From: Takakia lepidozioides
Taxonomy: Eukaryota > Plantae > Bryophyta
Direction of reading: 5' to 3'
Assembly: GCA_030704615.1 (NCBI GenBank)
Contig: CM060731.1
Location: forward strand, 32,984,001 to 33,048,000
Length of the DNA: 64,000 bases
The notes below the pieces were generated by a model. The model was not told the origin of the DNA. It did no database searches and saw only the letters and a program-made list of their open reading frames with translations. The position numbers and the translations under genes are program-made. Positions 50,101-63,996 of the stretch are shown here, one piece after another; the stretch's first letter is position 1; each line of letters opens with the position of its first letter.

Positions 50101-52231
50101 CAAGAAGTGCCTAATCCCTTTGGAATTTCATGCCGAACAGAACAGGAAACCAACCATGTCCTACTTAACAACACTCTTGAATTGCCTAGTCCATGTCTCT
50201 CTCTCTATCACTCGTGTATTACTTAATCCTGTTGTGAGAATTAATTTTTGAGCTGCTTGTACATTTCTGTTGGGAAGGCAACAGGAATATTATGTCCATA
50301 AAAGTTCCTTGTGAACGGTGCTGCTCAGTATGACAACACGGGGCTGAGTGCTGGTGTAGCAGCATAAGCAATTCTTTGCTTTGCTGATGTACTGTTGAAG
50401 AGTAACTACCACCCCCTCACCCACTAGTATGCTGTCTTTTCTTTCTATCTTGCAATCCATGAATATCTCCTAGTTAAAGTGGACATGGATATGTCAACCT
50501 GGCTTTGCAAATCACTAATCTACTGCTTGGGGGGATGTGCATAATGGGGCCAGGTGAGACAGCTTCACTTGCTTTCGAGGGTAGACATACTCCGATTGTG
50601 AGAAGGAACAAAAAAGCCCTGAGGGAAGCCTTCATGCTGCCTCATGCTTGGTGTGGAATGGTGTTGAGAGCAATCAATTGCTTGATGGACTGTAGGATGT
50701 TGTTAGGATCTGATGATCAGTGGCAGCCTTGCCATGTGCTGATCCTGTCTACAAGAATACACCGACTGTAACGCTTCATGCCTACCTTGAAATTGGTAGA
50801 AGGGTACATGGTCTTATTTAGATACTATGACCTCCTAGGGGCCCAAGTATGCCCTCATGGAGTTTTTGAATTTGCAGAATTGCCTAATAGAACCAATCCC
50901 CAACTGCTGGGCTATGACATGTCTCATAGCTGCATAATTTTGACTTCTACATAGTTTCTACTAAAAGCATTCTAAGCATGAATCTTTGGAGGCTTCTACT
51001 GTACTTCTGGAAACTGAGAAGGACCTTATAGTCAATGCCTGCATATTCACAAATCTGAGTTTTGCAGAACTTGAAAGGTTAATATGTATATGCTAGTGTC
51101 TGTTGAAAGGGCCGGACTAGATCCAAATGATCTAGGAATGGACAAGTCATGACACACCTAACTCACAGAGACACACACACTCTCTCTCACAACCCTTTGT
51201 CATTACACCTTGGGTTTCTAGTGTAATTGCACCATTTAGGAGAACGACGCATAGAGATGTTCTTTCCAAGGTCACTTCTACACCCACATGGATGCGTGCC
51301 ACTGAAACCTGAAAGGCAGGGGATCACAAAGAACCCTGATAATGAGATAAGCCATATATAGTTCAGTAATTCTGCAGGAACACTCAGACACGAGCTGCCT
51401 GAGTGGGAGCTCCAGTCTCAGTGCACATCACACTTGAGAGCACAGCTTTACTGAGGAAACAATGTGGTAACTCTCTCTGTCAATAGGCCACCGGCTAAAA
51501 TCAGATAAGGGGGAAACACTGGTTTCCCAGGAAAATTCAAACCCACAGTAGGCCAACCAAACCTTTACCCAAAACCTACCCTAATCTGTGGTAGGCCACA
51601 AAAATGCATAGATAGAGTTATAACAGTACCATGATGCATCTCTCAAAACTATACACCTACAAACCACTATGCAAATTTGCTGACCTGCCTGCTGAGCTCT
51701 CAGAGCTGTGAGTGATTCATGGAGGCGGTGTATTTGGTACTTGTCAGCAGAACCGCTTTTCCCCAGAAATTCCACTGCTTCTTGCAACCACTGTACAGCT
51801 ACAGCAGAATTCTCCTTGAGGTATTCGAGTGACTCTTCCAGCTGCATGATCGATGCCAGGTAGCGATCAAAGTCCTCTCCAGGCTTCCCCATGAGAGTCC
51901 TCTCGAGCGTATGCACCACATCAAACATTTTGAGCACAGACATTGCTGGTCCCATGGCCCGCTCAATCCGGCTGGACAATCCCTTCAATACATTTGACTG
52001 CATTTGCAACGGGGCCATCGCTTTCTCCAGAGGCGGCAATCGATCCCCAATAGTGTACAGGCGGAGCTGCAATTTGTCCAACGTCGATCCTACTTCGCGT
52101 GTCCTGTCTAATGTGCTGCAAAGCGACTGTCTTGCTGCCAGCAGCTGCACCATCGTCGCGCTCTCGCCTTGGGTCTCCGACTCTCTCTGTTCCTGGGGAA
52201 TACCGAACCATCCAGCACTCTCTAGCCCCAT
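47102..52231 (-). CDS. EXO70: Exocyst subunit EXO70 (Exo70.3, G/I-like); 5 exons
   Basis: Exons 52231-51685, 50004-49712, 49445-49050, 48567-48157 and 47524-47102 splice in frame. PEKLFKLLDMF; DGSV..L..YV.NYLKYL; IFLMNN; F..AFED....HS.W.I....LR......IVPAYRSY; YVKY. Confidence 0.93.
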
Positions 52232-54884
52232 ATTGCGACACCGTTGGATTCTCCGTGCTCTTGTCAACCATGCAGACTCTCTGTGCTCTCCTCAATCATG
52301 CCAGTCCCTTCCTCCTCGCCCTTCTCCGTACCCACATTGCCTCTCCTGCCTTCCACCCTCTCTCTCTCTCCTTGTATTTCTCTACATCTCCGCTTCAAGC
52401 TCTCCCCAACTCCTCCCCCCGCTCCCCCTCACTCAGAAGATTATGCCATCCAGCTAACAACCTTCTCTGAAACTCACACGCACGGGTATCAAAGTACCCA
52501 TTCTGCTACCAATTGCATATCCTTCACTTCAACCTGGAACCCACAACCTCAACTCGCTTCAGAAGTACTCCAAAGCACCCCGAGATACAAACACGCCTGC
52601 TTTGGCCCTCCTGCCATGCCAGTCCTGGTCTCTCTAATGCAACACCTAACGACCCTCTCCAGCCAGTGTACCCGCATTGCCATGTGCTGCATGCAAAAGG
52701 GGCGGCCAGAGTGAGGCTCTTCTGGAAGGAAGTTTGAAAGCTGCAAGCTTTGGCAGCTGACAGCGGCCAGAGAAAGAAACAGTGCCCAACCGCGCGGTCC
52801 CAACTCCAAACCGAGACCGCGTAGTGCCCCTCTGCTCAGTCTCAGGCCCCAGATATGGAAAGTTAGGTGCAGTGGGTCCCCCGTGAGATCTACTGCAGCG
52901 AGGGAATAGCGAGGATTACTTATTAGCACGGCCCCTAAGTAATCGCAGCTGTTTGGATCATTCCACCGTCGCTCGATTCAATTCAATTCTCTTTTCTTTG
53001 GCAGAATCCAGGAGTGCAGTACTTAGAGAGTGCAAGTGTGGGTGCATGCGGGATTGGGTGTGCAATTTGCAAAGCATTGCCTCAGCAAGCGGAGTTGTAG
53101 AAACAGGAAACAGTGATGGGTAAGGTTCTTTAAAGAGGCACGTGCTGGATATCACACACCGCAGGATGGGAATACAGCTCGGTAACTGCAACCGTTTGCG
53201 ATCCAAGATGGAAAGGAAGATGGGCAGCCTGTGATTGACGAGCCCACTGCAATCCTGACGTCGCTGCCTACATAATCTGGTGCATTCAATACCACCCTTC
53301 TATTTTGTATTCAAGCTGTAGTACACGTCAACACCCTTCTTCTTCCTTCTTACTGCAGTCAACGGACTGTACACAAAATGCTGAACCAGTGCCAGCGATA
53401 CTTCAGTAACTTCACAGACATATTAGCACGTACCGTTGCAGGCTTCTCCTACTAAAACACTTCATCAAGACTTTGTTCTCTAGAATCTGCTTTCTCATGA
53501 GCCGCACATTTCTCCCAAACTCCTTCGGGAAGTTGGTGGAGAATCACAAGTGATCCATGTACCTCCGCGATGAATGTGACTAGGTAGTGATTAGGTGGAT
53601 GTACTACCAAGGAGGTACTGGGTAAGGTTCAAGTAGGAGTTTAGAAGTGGGCCACCATGATAGTGCACTGGGCCCGCTCCCTAACTCCACGGAACAGAAT
53701 GTTAAGTGGAATTCCTATATGGAGGTGGCCAAAGATGTGCAGGAAGACAAAGCGAAAGGGCCAATCATCCAAGCTCAAATCATTGTGGAGCTTGAGTTTT
53801 TGCATGCTTTCAAGTGCCTCACTGATGAAAGAGTCCTTTCTGGGGTGGAGTAATGGAGATTGACTTATTAGGTCAAGTTCGACGAAAGTTCAGGGATGAA
53901 AGGGTTGGTGCTCAAAATCGACGGAAGCACTGGAACAAGTTGGTAGGTATATCTGAGTGTCCATCTGTTAAAGGATTGGGCAGTGGTCCCACCGTGAACT
54001 TTCAGCTCGACATCTTTCAGGCTAAAGGAATCCGTGTTTGCATTCAGCAAGCTTCCATAGTGATGAGCTCCAGTCACAAAACATGCTTTGAGCTCAAGCT
54101 TTAGAGGACTTGGCAGCGATGCAAAAATAAACTGGCAGGGAGTTTGCTTATGTAGTAGAAGATGGTTAAGTCTTTAGTGAAGAGTTATCACATGACCCTC
54201 TACCTCACCTTGATATTGCCCAGCCCCCAGGCTTTACCTTTGATATATCCCAGTTTCCTTGCTTCATCCTCGGACAATGACTCCATGTTTTGTTGTCATA
54301 ATGTGTGAAAGAGAATATACTCACCACGCATATAGCTCAAGCTTCAGCACTGATGGCATCTATGCTTCAAACCTTTCATTCTCTAACCTCAAGAGTAATT
54401 TCTAAAAGCTGACTGTAGTCCTCCAAAGCATTAAAAATAGGCACGTATCACTTAGTTGGACAAACTGTCCATTGGAAGTCCACAAGAAATGTAAGGTATA
54501 TTAGATTGGTAGACTTGGAAGCAGTATTTGCTCCAATTCCATGATATGGAATTATGGGTTGGATCTCCCACATCTTCTTAGAGACCAGTAGAAAACACTG
54601 CAGTGGGGTTTAACAAATTATGCCAAGTGTATCAGTGTGATCGCATCTTAGTGTCCCTCAGTTGGGTAATTCTGTAGGGGTCCCAACCAAATATTCCTCT
54701 GTGAAGTCAAATCCTCTGTGCAAGACTTGAAATGCCACAGCTCAATGAACATGCTGCCAGTTCAGGCACAAGCTATAGATGAAGCTGTCAAAACTTCTCT
54801 GTGACACCTTTCAGGTTTTTTTCACCCAGAACCTATCTGTTCATTTGAGCTCAAGTCTGTAATTGGATCAGCCTCCGTGATGCA

Positions 54885-56278
54885 TCAAGCTAAAGCTGCA
54901 AAGAGCTCCTGAACAGACTTCTTTGGAGCATGGGGCTCAGCTATAATTTCCACTACCTTGTATGAAGCTTCTTGAATGTTGAGAGCTTCAACCGCAATGT
55001 GTGCTACAGAGTCACGGGAGATTGAGCCTCGGAAAAGAGTGTCCTGCCAAGCCACATTCCAACATTCTTTGTATTGACCTGTAAATAGTAAATCATGTCT
55101 TCATTAGAAATTTTTCCATGACAACCAGCAAAATGATAGTCTTTCCAACTGGGAGATACACAAAACACTCCCAATTATGGAATGGCATCATGATAAAATG
55201 GAGCAAGAAACCTGAAGAGCAAGAAATATGACCTACAGCTAATCAACATGAACCCAGAAACAAAGATGGAGTCAAACCTCACGGCTCATTATAAGGTTGC
55301 CACTTGGTGCATCATTCTCCAGCCCTCCAGGTCTTATAATGGTATAGTCTATGCCCGACCTTCGGATGTGGTTCTCTCCTTGAAGCTTTGCTATAAGCGT
55401 GAGCCCAAATAAGTTGAGCACTATATACGCAGGGTTAGAAAGCTGACCAATAGCTCCCCCATTGACCAGGAGTGAACTCACCAGCACAATCTTTTTTACT
55501 TTGTTCCTCTTACAGGCATCCACCAGGTTCCTTGTTCCCCAATTGTCGACCTGTAACAAAATTGCTCCCAACAGCTCCAATCCTGAGACTCTTGGGAGTG
55601 GACCAGACACCAGATTCATGATTATGCGGCACCCAACAATCAGTGACCCAACAATCAGGTGGAAAAGACTGTTTACATGAAGGATTGTGATGTATACTTT
55701 TAGTACCTTAGGGCAGGCAATTTGACAATCAATACAGCACCCTCTTGCAAGCTTTCTTTTGTCATCCCACTAGTCTGCAACTTGAATCCTGACGCGATTT
55801 AGCAGACAGACAGGGAAGGAGTACCTTCCAAGATGCCAGCAAGTCAAATGAAGTCTTGAATCCTGTAGCTACAATCAAAGCGTCCACACCACCAACCGCT
55901 TTTGCTAGCGTCTCCACACTTTGAGTGACATCTGCCAGTATCTAGACACACTTGCCACATGCTTCGTTTCAAAAACCTCAAAGAGTTGTACCCACTTTAA
56001 CATTGAACGGCGTATGGCTACTAGAAAATCAAACACACACTCTCTCTCCACATGTTTCTGAGGACTCCCATACCCCTGCCCAGTGAGCTTGCAAGATGAA
56101 GCAGCCTCCAGTGGGGACTCACAAACTCAATGTGGTCACTGCTGGGGAGAGAATCCTTAGCCTTCTCTATGCTACGGACGCCTGCACGCACTTGAAAACC
56201 CTTTGCAAGCAGCTCCTTCACAATGCGCTTGCCAGTCCGACCAGTCGCCCCGGCTACAAATACTGTCTTACTGGCCAT
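54885..56278 (-). CDS. NAD(P)-binding Rossmann-fold protein (atypical SDR, Tic62-NAD-like); 4 exons
   Basis: Exons 56278-56123, 55941-55825, 55550-55278 and 55043-54885. VFVAGATGRTG; VDNWGT.NLVDAC; YTIIRPGGL; GSISRD.VA. Confidence 0.9.
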
Positions 56279-56583
56279 TCAGTCCCCCAAAATCAGAGCA
56301 TGCATACCACAATCTGCAGAGTTCCATCCAATCCAGAGAATTTCCAAAGCAGAGCTTGAAGCCCTCTCTCTGACGCAAATACTACACCTACACTTGTGGG
56401 TCATACTGACACGTAGTGATTTGCTACAGTTTTCAATCAAATCCGAGTTTGAAATGGTTGATAGATTTTGCAGTGGCGCCATGTGGCAATTGCCAAGTGC
56501 TATTCGCTTGCGGATATACATCTCAAGAAAATGCGAGAAGGGGGTGAAAGGATGGATTGGGAGATTCTTGCAACAGACAAGAG

Positions 56584-59500
56584 ATGGGTGTTGCGGGCGC
56601 TAAGATCGTCCTGCAGCTGCTGTTAGCGTGGCTCTGGGCATGGAGTGCTGTGGCGGATTCGGAAGGAACTGTGGCGTTTGCCACCGTGGGACGAGCGGAG
56701 TATGCTTTCGATGTGTTTTCTATCACACTGCCCCCGCTTGATTTGGGGGCGTCTCCGTCCCTCAGCTTTGATGCGAAACAGCTGGAGGAAATCCGGCTCA
56801 CGGATGGCAAGTCAGTTAACTATAATGGGCAGCTTGTTGAGTGGACGCAAGGATCGGCATTATCGAAGATGTTGCAAAATCAAGGCCTCGAATTTGAAGA
56901 CGGTGGCGCTCAATTGCTTGCGTATGTCTCTGAGCGAGATGGAAGCGCGCAGATCTACTTCGATTTTTCCTCGGACGATCGGCTGCAGGGTTGGTGCATT
57001 TTACATGTTTTGTTTGTGATTCAAACTATACTTTACTCTGCCTTTCTGGTTCTTTGGGGAAAATCTGTGGACTAGTGGTGGTTCATTATGCATGTGTGTG
57101 TCGTATAAAATTTTATACAGAAGACCGGTGGGGCTTCATGGGTAAGGGATGTCCACAAGGGCCTGTAAAACCCTGAAGCAATTTGGTACTAGACTTGCTC
57201 ACTTGCCTGAAAGGAAATCATCTGTTTCACAGGCTCTCGAGGGACGATCTTGCAGTGGCCAGGAGTGAGGAGAGCAAGAGAAACAGTATCAATAGAAACT
57301 GGCAGGCTTTTGGGAGGCCGAGACCCGTCCCTCAAGGATAGGCCCTCAATAACTGGTGATAAGGTGATTTATATGTCAACTCAGGAAGCAGTTGACAGCC
57401 CACGACAGAGCTGGACTGCTGTATTTTCAACCGATTTCAAGACTGGAGCCAGCAGGCGCCTCAGTCCAGATGGGGTAACTGATTACAGCCCTTCTGTTTC
57501 TCCCTCAGGTGAGCCAATACTTTTGATATCTAATTTGAAAACAATGACAAGGGGTTTAGAAATCCCTGTTGTAATCTAGACCGAAAGGTAGAGGTCGGAG
57601 TCTTTTAAGCTTGTTATGATACCATTTGGTGGCTTTTTGTCTGGTCATAAAAGGCAGAGACACTATGCAGGTGAGTGGGTGATGGTGGCTTCTAGCCAAG
57701 GGAGGGGCTGGGCTGGAGAGATACATGACTTAGACACGGATCTCTATGTGTTCAGCGCTGTCAATGGCTCCAATCGGCGCTTGGTTGTGAGGAATGGAGG
57801 GTGGCCTTCCTGGGCAGACGATGCCAGTGTCTTCTTTCACCGGCAAGCTGATGATGGGTGGTGGAGCATCTACAAAGTCAGTTTGTCAGACACTGCAAGT
57901 ACAGAAGGTTTGCAGTGATTGCTTCCATTGCTCTTTAATGAAATGCCAAACTAGGGATCAAAAACCTAAAATGAGTCTAACGATGTAATGAATAATTGGC
58001 ACTTAGAAACTTAACGCACCTGACTGACTTGGAATGCTCTTGGACTCCTTTTGCCCAAATGCATATACTCAATCTGATGGTCCAGTTGCTATGTTTGAGG
58101 TGATATGAAAGTTGAGCGGATCACACCACCAGGCATGCATGCATTCACACCAGCAGCTTCTCAGATGGGGAAGTGGATTTCTGTGGCTACTCGACGCCCT
58201 GGATCTTCGTATCGGCATGTTGAGTTTTTCGACTTGCAAACGAAGAAGTTTGCCAAATTGACAGAATGGATCAATCCCGATGTGCACCATTATAATCCCT
58301 TTGTCTCTTCAGATTCTGGCAAAATTGGGTACCACAGATGCAGAGGAGACTCATCAGATGTCTTCTCTCCTCCCTCAATCATTCCCCATGTTGAGCATGT
58401 GAAGTCACCACTCCCACAGCTGTCCCTTCTTCGTGTGTTGGGCTCTTTTCCATCATTCTCACCCGATGGGTCGTTGATTGCCTATATACCAAACATGAGC
58501 ACTGATAGTGGTGTCTATGTGATGAAGTTGGATGGTTCAAGTAAACGGAAAATCTTTTCGGGGCTCGTTTTTGGAACTGCATGGGATCCAAAAAGGAAGG
58601 GTGTGGTGTATACGGCACATGGCCCAAATTTTGCTTCAGAGCACAGCACTGTGCATATAGTGACCATCTATAATGCAGATGTGGCCGATGTGGACACTGA
58701 TGAGGCGAGCTCCTCATGGGAAACACTAACGAAGGAGGCAAACAATGCGTTTCCCTCACCCTCGCCTGATGGCAAGTATTTAGTCTTCCGCTCAGGTCGT
58801 TCTGGGCACAAGAATCTCTACATTATGGATGCTTTCAGTGGAGAAGAGGAATATCTTCGGAGGCTGACAGAAGGGCCTTGGACAGATACGATGCCAAATT
58901 GGTCACCTGATAACCAATGGATCGCTTTTTCTTCTGACAGAGACAATCCAGGTATGCCTTTCTTGAGTTTGCTTTCTGATCTGATGTAAAGGAGAGGGTA
59001 ACAAGGGAAGGGAGCAACCTTCTGAACTTTTCTTTCTCTCTGTGGTTCTGGATTTGTTCCTCTCTCATGTTTTCTTCCATTTTGTCCCATAAGCTCTACG
59101 AGCTTTCCGCGGACATTATAAAGCACCATTTCATTTCATTTCATTTCTCTGGGGTCATCCTAGGTTTGTTTTTAATTTTGTGCAACCCATCTAACAAAGA
59201 CAACCCCATCCAGGTGGAGGAAGCTTTGCTCTGTACTTAGTTCATCCAGATGGAACAGGTCTGCACAAGGTGCTTAGTAGTGGCCAAGGGGGCCGGGTCA
59301 ACCATCCCTGCTTCAGCCCTGACTCCAAGAGTCTTGTCTTCACAGCAGATCTTGCAGGAGTGTCAGCCGATCCCATCTCTGTGCCTCACCAGTTCCAGCC
59401 ATATGGTGAGATTTTTGTTGCCAAAATTGATGGGTCTGGTGTCCAAAGGCTCACTCACAATGGATACGAAGACGGGACACCCGCGTGGGGACGCAAGTTC

Positions 59501-59617
59501 ATAGACAGCTCTGACCTATCGGAAGAAGGGGAGCAAGTCAAGTGCAAATTTGATGATGTGCACTGGCTGGAAACTAGTGGTGAAAAAGAGACCACCAGAG
59601 TCTGTGCCATCCCCTGA
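56584..59617 (+). CDS. Secreted TolB-like/PD40 beta-propeller protein (DPP6 N-terminal-like); 5 exons
   Basis: Exons 56584-56989, 57233-57508, 57671-57907, 58100-58951 and 59214-59617, in frame. Signal-peptide-like N-terminus. Repeated PD40 motifs (FPSFSPDG, FPSPSPDGK, PNWSPDN, PCFSPDSK). Confidence 0.9.
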
Positions 59618-61320
59618 CATTTGCTCAACTCCAACTCTGATAATAGTGAGCATTGGTCTCTGTAAATAACAGATATGTTGCCACGAAGAATGTACTCCTA
59701 AGATGTTGTTTGCCGTAGCATTGTGACCATCGACCCCGTGCTCAGTTTGGGTGGATGTTGCACATAAAGAGAGAGTAGTAAAATTTATGAGGAAGCGTGA
59801 TACCTTAGATGAAGGAGCTTAAGCTTTCTGAGGATTGCATATGAATAGTTTAACTCGAGTATATGTAGCAGGCAAGGCAACAGATTCTAACTCTCTGGGT
59901 TAGAGAGTTATCATCTTATAAAACTACCTTGGTATTTGATGATCTTGAGATGGGAATCTCTCTGGGTTGTATGGTTGGTCATAGTCACTGTATACGTTAC
60001 TGATCTCGTGAAGACTGGTCGTTCATCTGTTCTGGTGTATTTGTTCAATTTGCAGATCTGATATAGCATTTGTTGCATCAGTATTGAAAACTCCAAGCTG
60101 CTCTTTCCTGGAGCAATTAGCTTATCTCTATTATGAGCAGTGTTGGTATTGAAATCTTTTACATTCATAGTTCAGCTCCCTTGCTTATATGTTGGATTCT
60201 TGGAGAGTAGTAACTAACTCATCCCACTACTTGAAAACACCAGCGTTCAATAATGACTTTCCATACATCTGCTTTGCCTCCGTCTAGGCCATGCATCTTG
60301 TGACTCCCATGAGAGACGCACACTCCAAAATGTCTCGTTGTCTCCAACTGTCCAGGGCTTCTTTCACTCGTGCTGCCAAACATAGTATGAGTCTTCGCAT
60401 CACAACTTCGGATCGAGCAGCCGCCCTTGAGAGATAGCAAAGCACAGAACTCCAGGATTCATCCCTGGTGTCACCGCACATGCATCCACTGATGTTTACA
60501 CGTTAGTTCCGTTCAGGATGTGTAAAGGATGATTTTTGTTGGCACCCTTCTGCAGTTCTTCCGGCATTTTATGTGTAGGCCTGTCTGTCCCACTGTGTAA
60601 GTATGGCGAGAGAGTAGAGTGAACACAACATGGTGGCGGGTCTTGCTTTGTCTGCACAGCACCTCCTGTGTGGGCCTTCCCCTTGCGTCTTTCGATGGCT
60701 TCTGTCTGCGGCGCCTCTACCTCGCGATCACATTCCGGAAGGTACTGTCAAGTGTCTGTTGAGCTTGTACCCATGTTGTGTAAGTGAAGTCTGCAGCAAG
60801 TAGTTTTGGGTTTTAGAAGGAGCAGAACAAATTCTGTATCGAGAGTTGTTCTGCAGGGAGTGTGTTTGTCACATACGGGACTTTGGAACTGCAGGCATCT
60901 TCTGTTGCCGAACTCAATGCTATGATTTGTTACTGCACTCGTAGGACCCCCTTGCACTGGAAGGTACATCGTATATGGCACAAGAACAGAGCTTCAGGAT
61001 TGGGGCTAGTATTAGAGCAAGGTGTAGGCTTGGATAGGCTCTCGCAAAAGAGCAGTCCTCAAGTCCATGACTGGATATACCGTAGTGACAGCCTTTATTG
61101 TGAACTCCTGATTTGTGACGATGTTTACAGACATACTTTGTGGCTTTCATTCTAGCTAAGCGCTTAGGACCTGAGGTTTATGGTGCCACTCTGCAAGGAC
61201 CCATGTAAGGACGTTTCGCTGCATGCAAAAGATAACATTTGTAAAACACATTGACTTGAATGACAATGGATTTGCAATGCAGGTTTGAAGGGGAGTATTT
61301 CCTTGGATGTTCGGTGTAGA

Positions 61321-63996
61321 CAGGGTGGAAATCAATGGAAAACAGATATGTCGACAGGAGGAGAACGAGGCAATGCTCAAGGGAGGGAAAGAGGCCAACA
61401 AGGCATGGTTCCCAGACGGAAGCCTTCAGAGAATCCATCGCGGGAAGGAGTGGGTAGGGGAGGGAATGACAATGATCAGGTGAGGGAAGGCCGGAGGCGA
61501 CATCCCAGATTCGAACCTGACGTCTCCTCTCATCGTGCAGGTAGTGTTTACCTTCCAACTTCCAGTACTTTCTTCTTTTGGAGGGGACTAACTGCTGGAA
61601 TGTGGGATGTCGCCGGAGGCGACATCCCACATTCGAGCCTGTCGTCTCCTCTCATCGTGCAGGTATTGTTTACTTTCCAACTTCCAGTACTTTCTTCTTT
61701 TGGAGGGGACTAACCCCAGTTAACATATTATGTTCTGGCCAGAACCCGAGGCAAGGCCATGTATAGGAACCACAGGATCTAATAAGTAGCTCCGGGTCTA
61801 ACTGCTGTGCATGAAGTTGTTGGTCCTCTCTAATGTATTTCTGGTTTGATTTTTCTTCTGTTGAAGTGAACAAACATATGAATAGAGCAGGCATCAGCAG
61901 TTATAGTGTAGGGATGCTTGACCCATAGGAAAGGAAAAGCTGATAGATTCAGATTTGGAAGATGGACATTTTCTTGGAAGTCAAACAAGGAGCTCCAGCT
62001 TGTCAGTGACGGGTCATTAGTGAGTACCACACACAATCTCATACTCAAGGTGGTCATGATGCCACACAGAAATGGTGTCCTGTTTGTGCACCAAGTGGTT
62101 TACATTGCATTTGTGGGATGCTGATTCGGCCTCCCGCGGAGTCCAGCTCTTCATCTTATGCGAATCAGATCTATGCTCATTGGCTGTCAACGGACACAGG
62201 ATTCCTGCTCTCGGCTTGCAAGTCCCTCTTCCGAGTCTGAATCTACCAGCTTTTCCTTTCCTTTACTGCGCGGATTTGCATTCCGGCCTGAATTTCAGAA
62301 GTTCCCCGACAGTCATCTGGCATTTGCTTGTTGTAACTTTCCGTGGGATTAGGCATGGTGAGGGATCTTCGCTCTGAGAAACCCTAGAAAAGCTCCAATT
62401 GGGAAATTGTTGCAACTTGGGAACATCAACGTCCGACTGGATGTTGAATGCCATCGCGTTTTCTGGCTCCTTTGGTGAGACTACAAGTCTGACATGAAGG
62501 AAGACATCAAGAATAAGTGGTTAGCTGTTTCCGGCGGATGGCTTCAACAATTTTCCTAGAGTAATGTATCCAGCTGAAGTTTGGCCCTTGGAACTTAGAA
62601 TGGAACTAAAGCCTGAGATGTGGGGTGAAAGTTGTCAAATTCGAAGGCAAGTCATACACGTTACTACATTTCCATGCGTCTACCAAACTGGCATAGTATT
62701 CTGGGCTGACACTGCTTGGGCTTCAATTGGGTCATCATTGTGCATTGCCATGAAAATTTTCCGTAGCTTGATTTTCTGTGGTTAACCAGTCTGTGTCAGA
62801 ATTGATGGAAATAGGTTACTTTACGGGTTTCTTCCTGTACTGGTTGTTGGACTAGACGAGTGAATGGGGGAGAGGATTAGTGCAAGAAATGCGTGAACTT
62901 TTTCGTGCTGCAGTGGCAGTTGTGCGGTTACTGAGGATTGAGGAAGGAGGGGCCTACAGTGATGTGCTGACTGGGGAGGGGGAGAATTCATGGGAGAATG
63001 AGATGGCATATGTGGGACGCACTCTTGGGTTCCGCACATCAGAGCTAGAGCTGCGGGGCCGAAGACTGGTATGCAGGTGCTAACCTCTAATTCAAAGCCA
63101 GTAACATGTTTTTCACTCTCTATGTTGAAGCCCTTAGTTGATGAAAAAACAAAAACTGCAGTTTCGAAGTGTTCAGAAGAGGTGGTTCATATTCTCAAGC
63201 ACGCTGTTACAAGGTGTCCGCAACAAACATTGTGTGGTGTTTCTGACAGCTTCTTGATTATGTGGTTGCGCCAGGTGACAGATGAGGTGGCAGGGGTCGT
63301 ACGGTTCAAGCGGTACCTGGACTTCCTCATATTCTCATTCTACAAGAATGATGTTCGAGACTATGACCGTATGGAACCTCTGCTCCGTCAGGTGCTTCTA
63401 TCGGTTCTTCTTTATGTGGTAGCAAAGAAGTCACAGTCTTTGATGTACTGTTAATGCTCTAGGCAAGGACTGATACATGTCAGCGAGTCATGACTTTGGA
63501 GTGCCCAGCACTGCTGCATACCTTTGGATGCAGAGGGCACTAACTCTACCCTTGCAGTGATTTCCAGTCCAATTATTCTATCAATGGAGGGTATGGGGGA
63601 AGTGAGACTTCAGATGGTTGATGCCTCTTCAGATTTTTGTCAATCACACACTGTGCATGTAGGTCACATATTCTGATGCTTCCTCATAACCAGTGTGACC
63701 TTATTTACAGATCCTCCGTGTTGGAATCTACGAGCTACTGAAGCTGGAGATGCCCCCCCATGCTGTTTTGAATGAGGCAAGTACCTTGTCAATTCCCTAT
63801 GAGAGTTCTTTGGATTAGCAAAGTGTGGCTGTAAGTTGTCAGATGTGCTTCTGGTCACTGTTACCCACAGTTCCCTGTGGATCAATTGTGGACTTACTAA
63901 ACAATTGGCGTGGTAAGTGTCAAAGATGATTGAGGTGGCTGGCGTGTTTTCTGCAGACGGTGAAGCTTGCTAAGGTTGCTCTCAGGGAAGGAGCGG
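61321..63996 (+). CDS. RsmB/NOP2-Sun rRNA m5C methyltransferase with NusB-like domain (organellar type), 5' part; runs off the window
   Basis: Exons ...-61540, 62914-63068, 63275-63391, 63711-63776 and 63957-63996 give VSSHRAVAVVRLLRIEEGGAYSD..LGFRT..VTDEVAGVVRFKRYLD..MEPLLRQILRVGIYELLKL.MP.HAVLNETVKLAK. First exon(s) are probably near 60630-60741 but uncertain. Confidence 0.85.
61491..61713. repeat. ~100-bp tandem duplication (period 122) of an exon end and donor site, with an inverted filler
   Basis: CCGGAGGCGACATCCC...GGACTAAC at 61491 and 61613; 17-bp perfect hairpin at 61598-61634. Confidence 0.9.

Noticed and set aside
52300-54800. Short ORFs between EXO70 and the Rossmann gene
   Set aside because: No domains or consistent splice structure; consistent with UTR, promoter and intergenic sequence.
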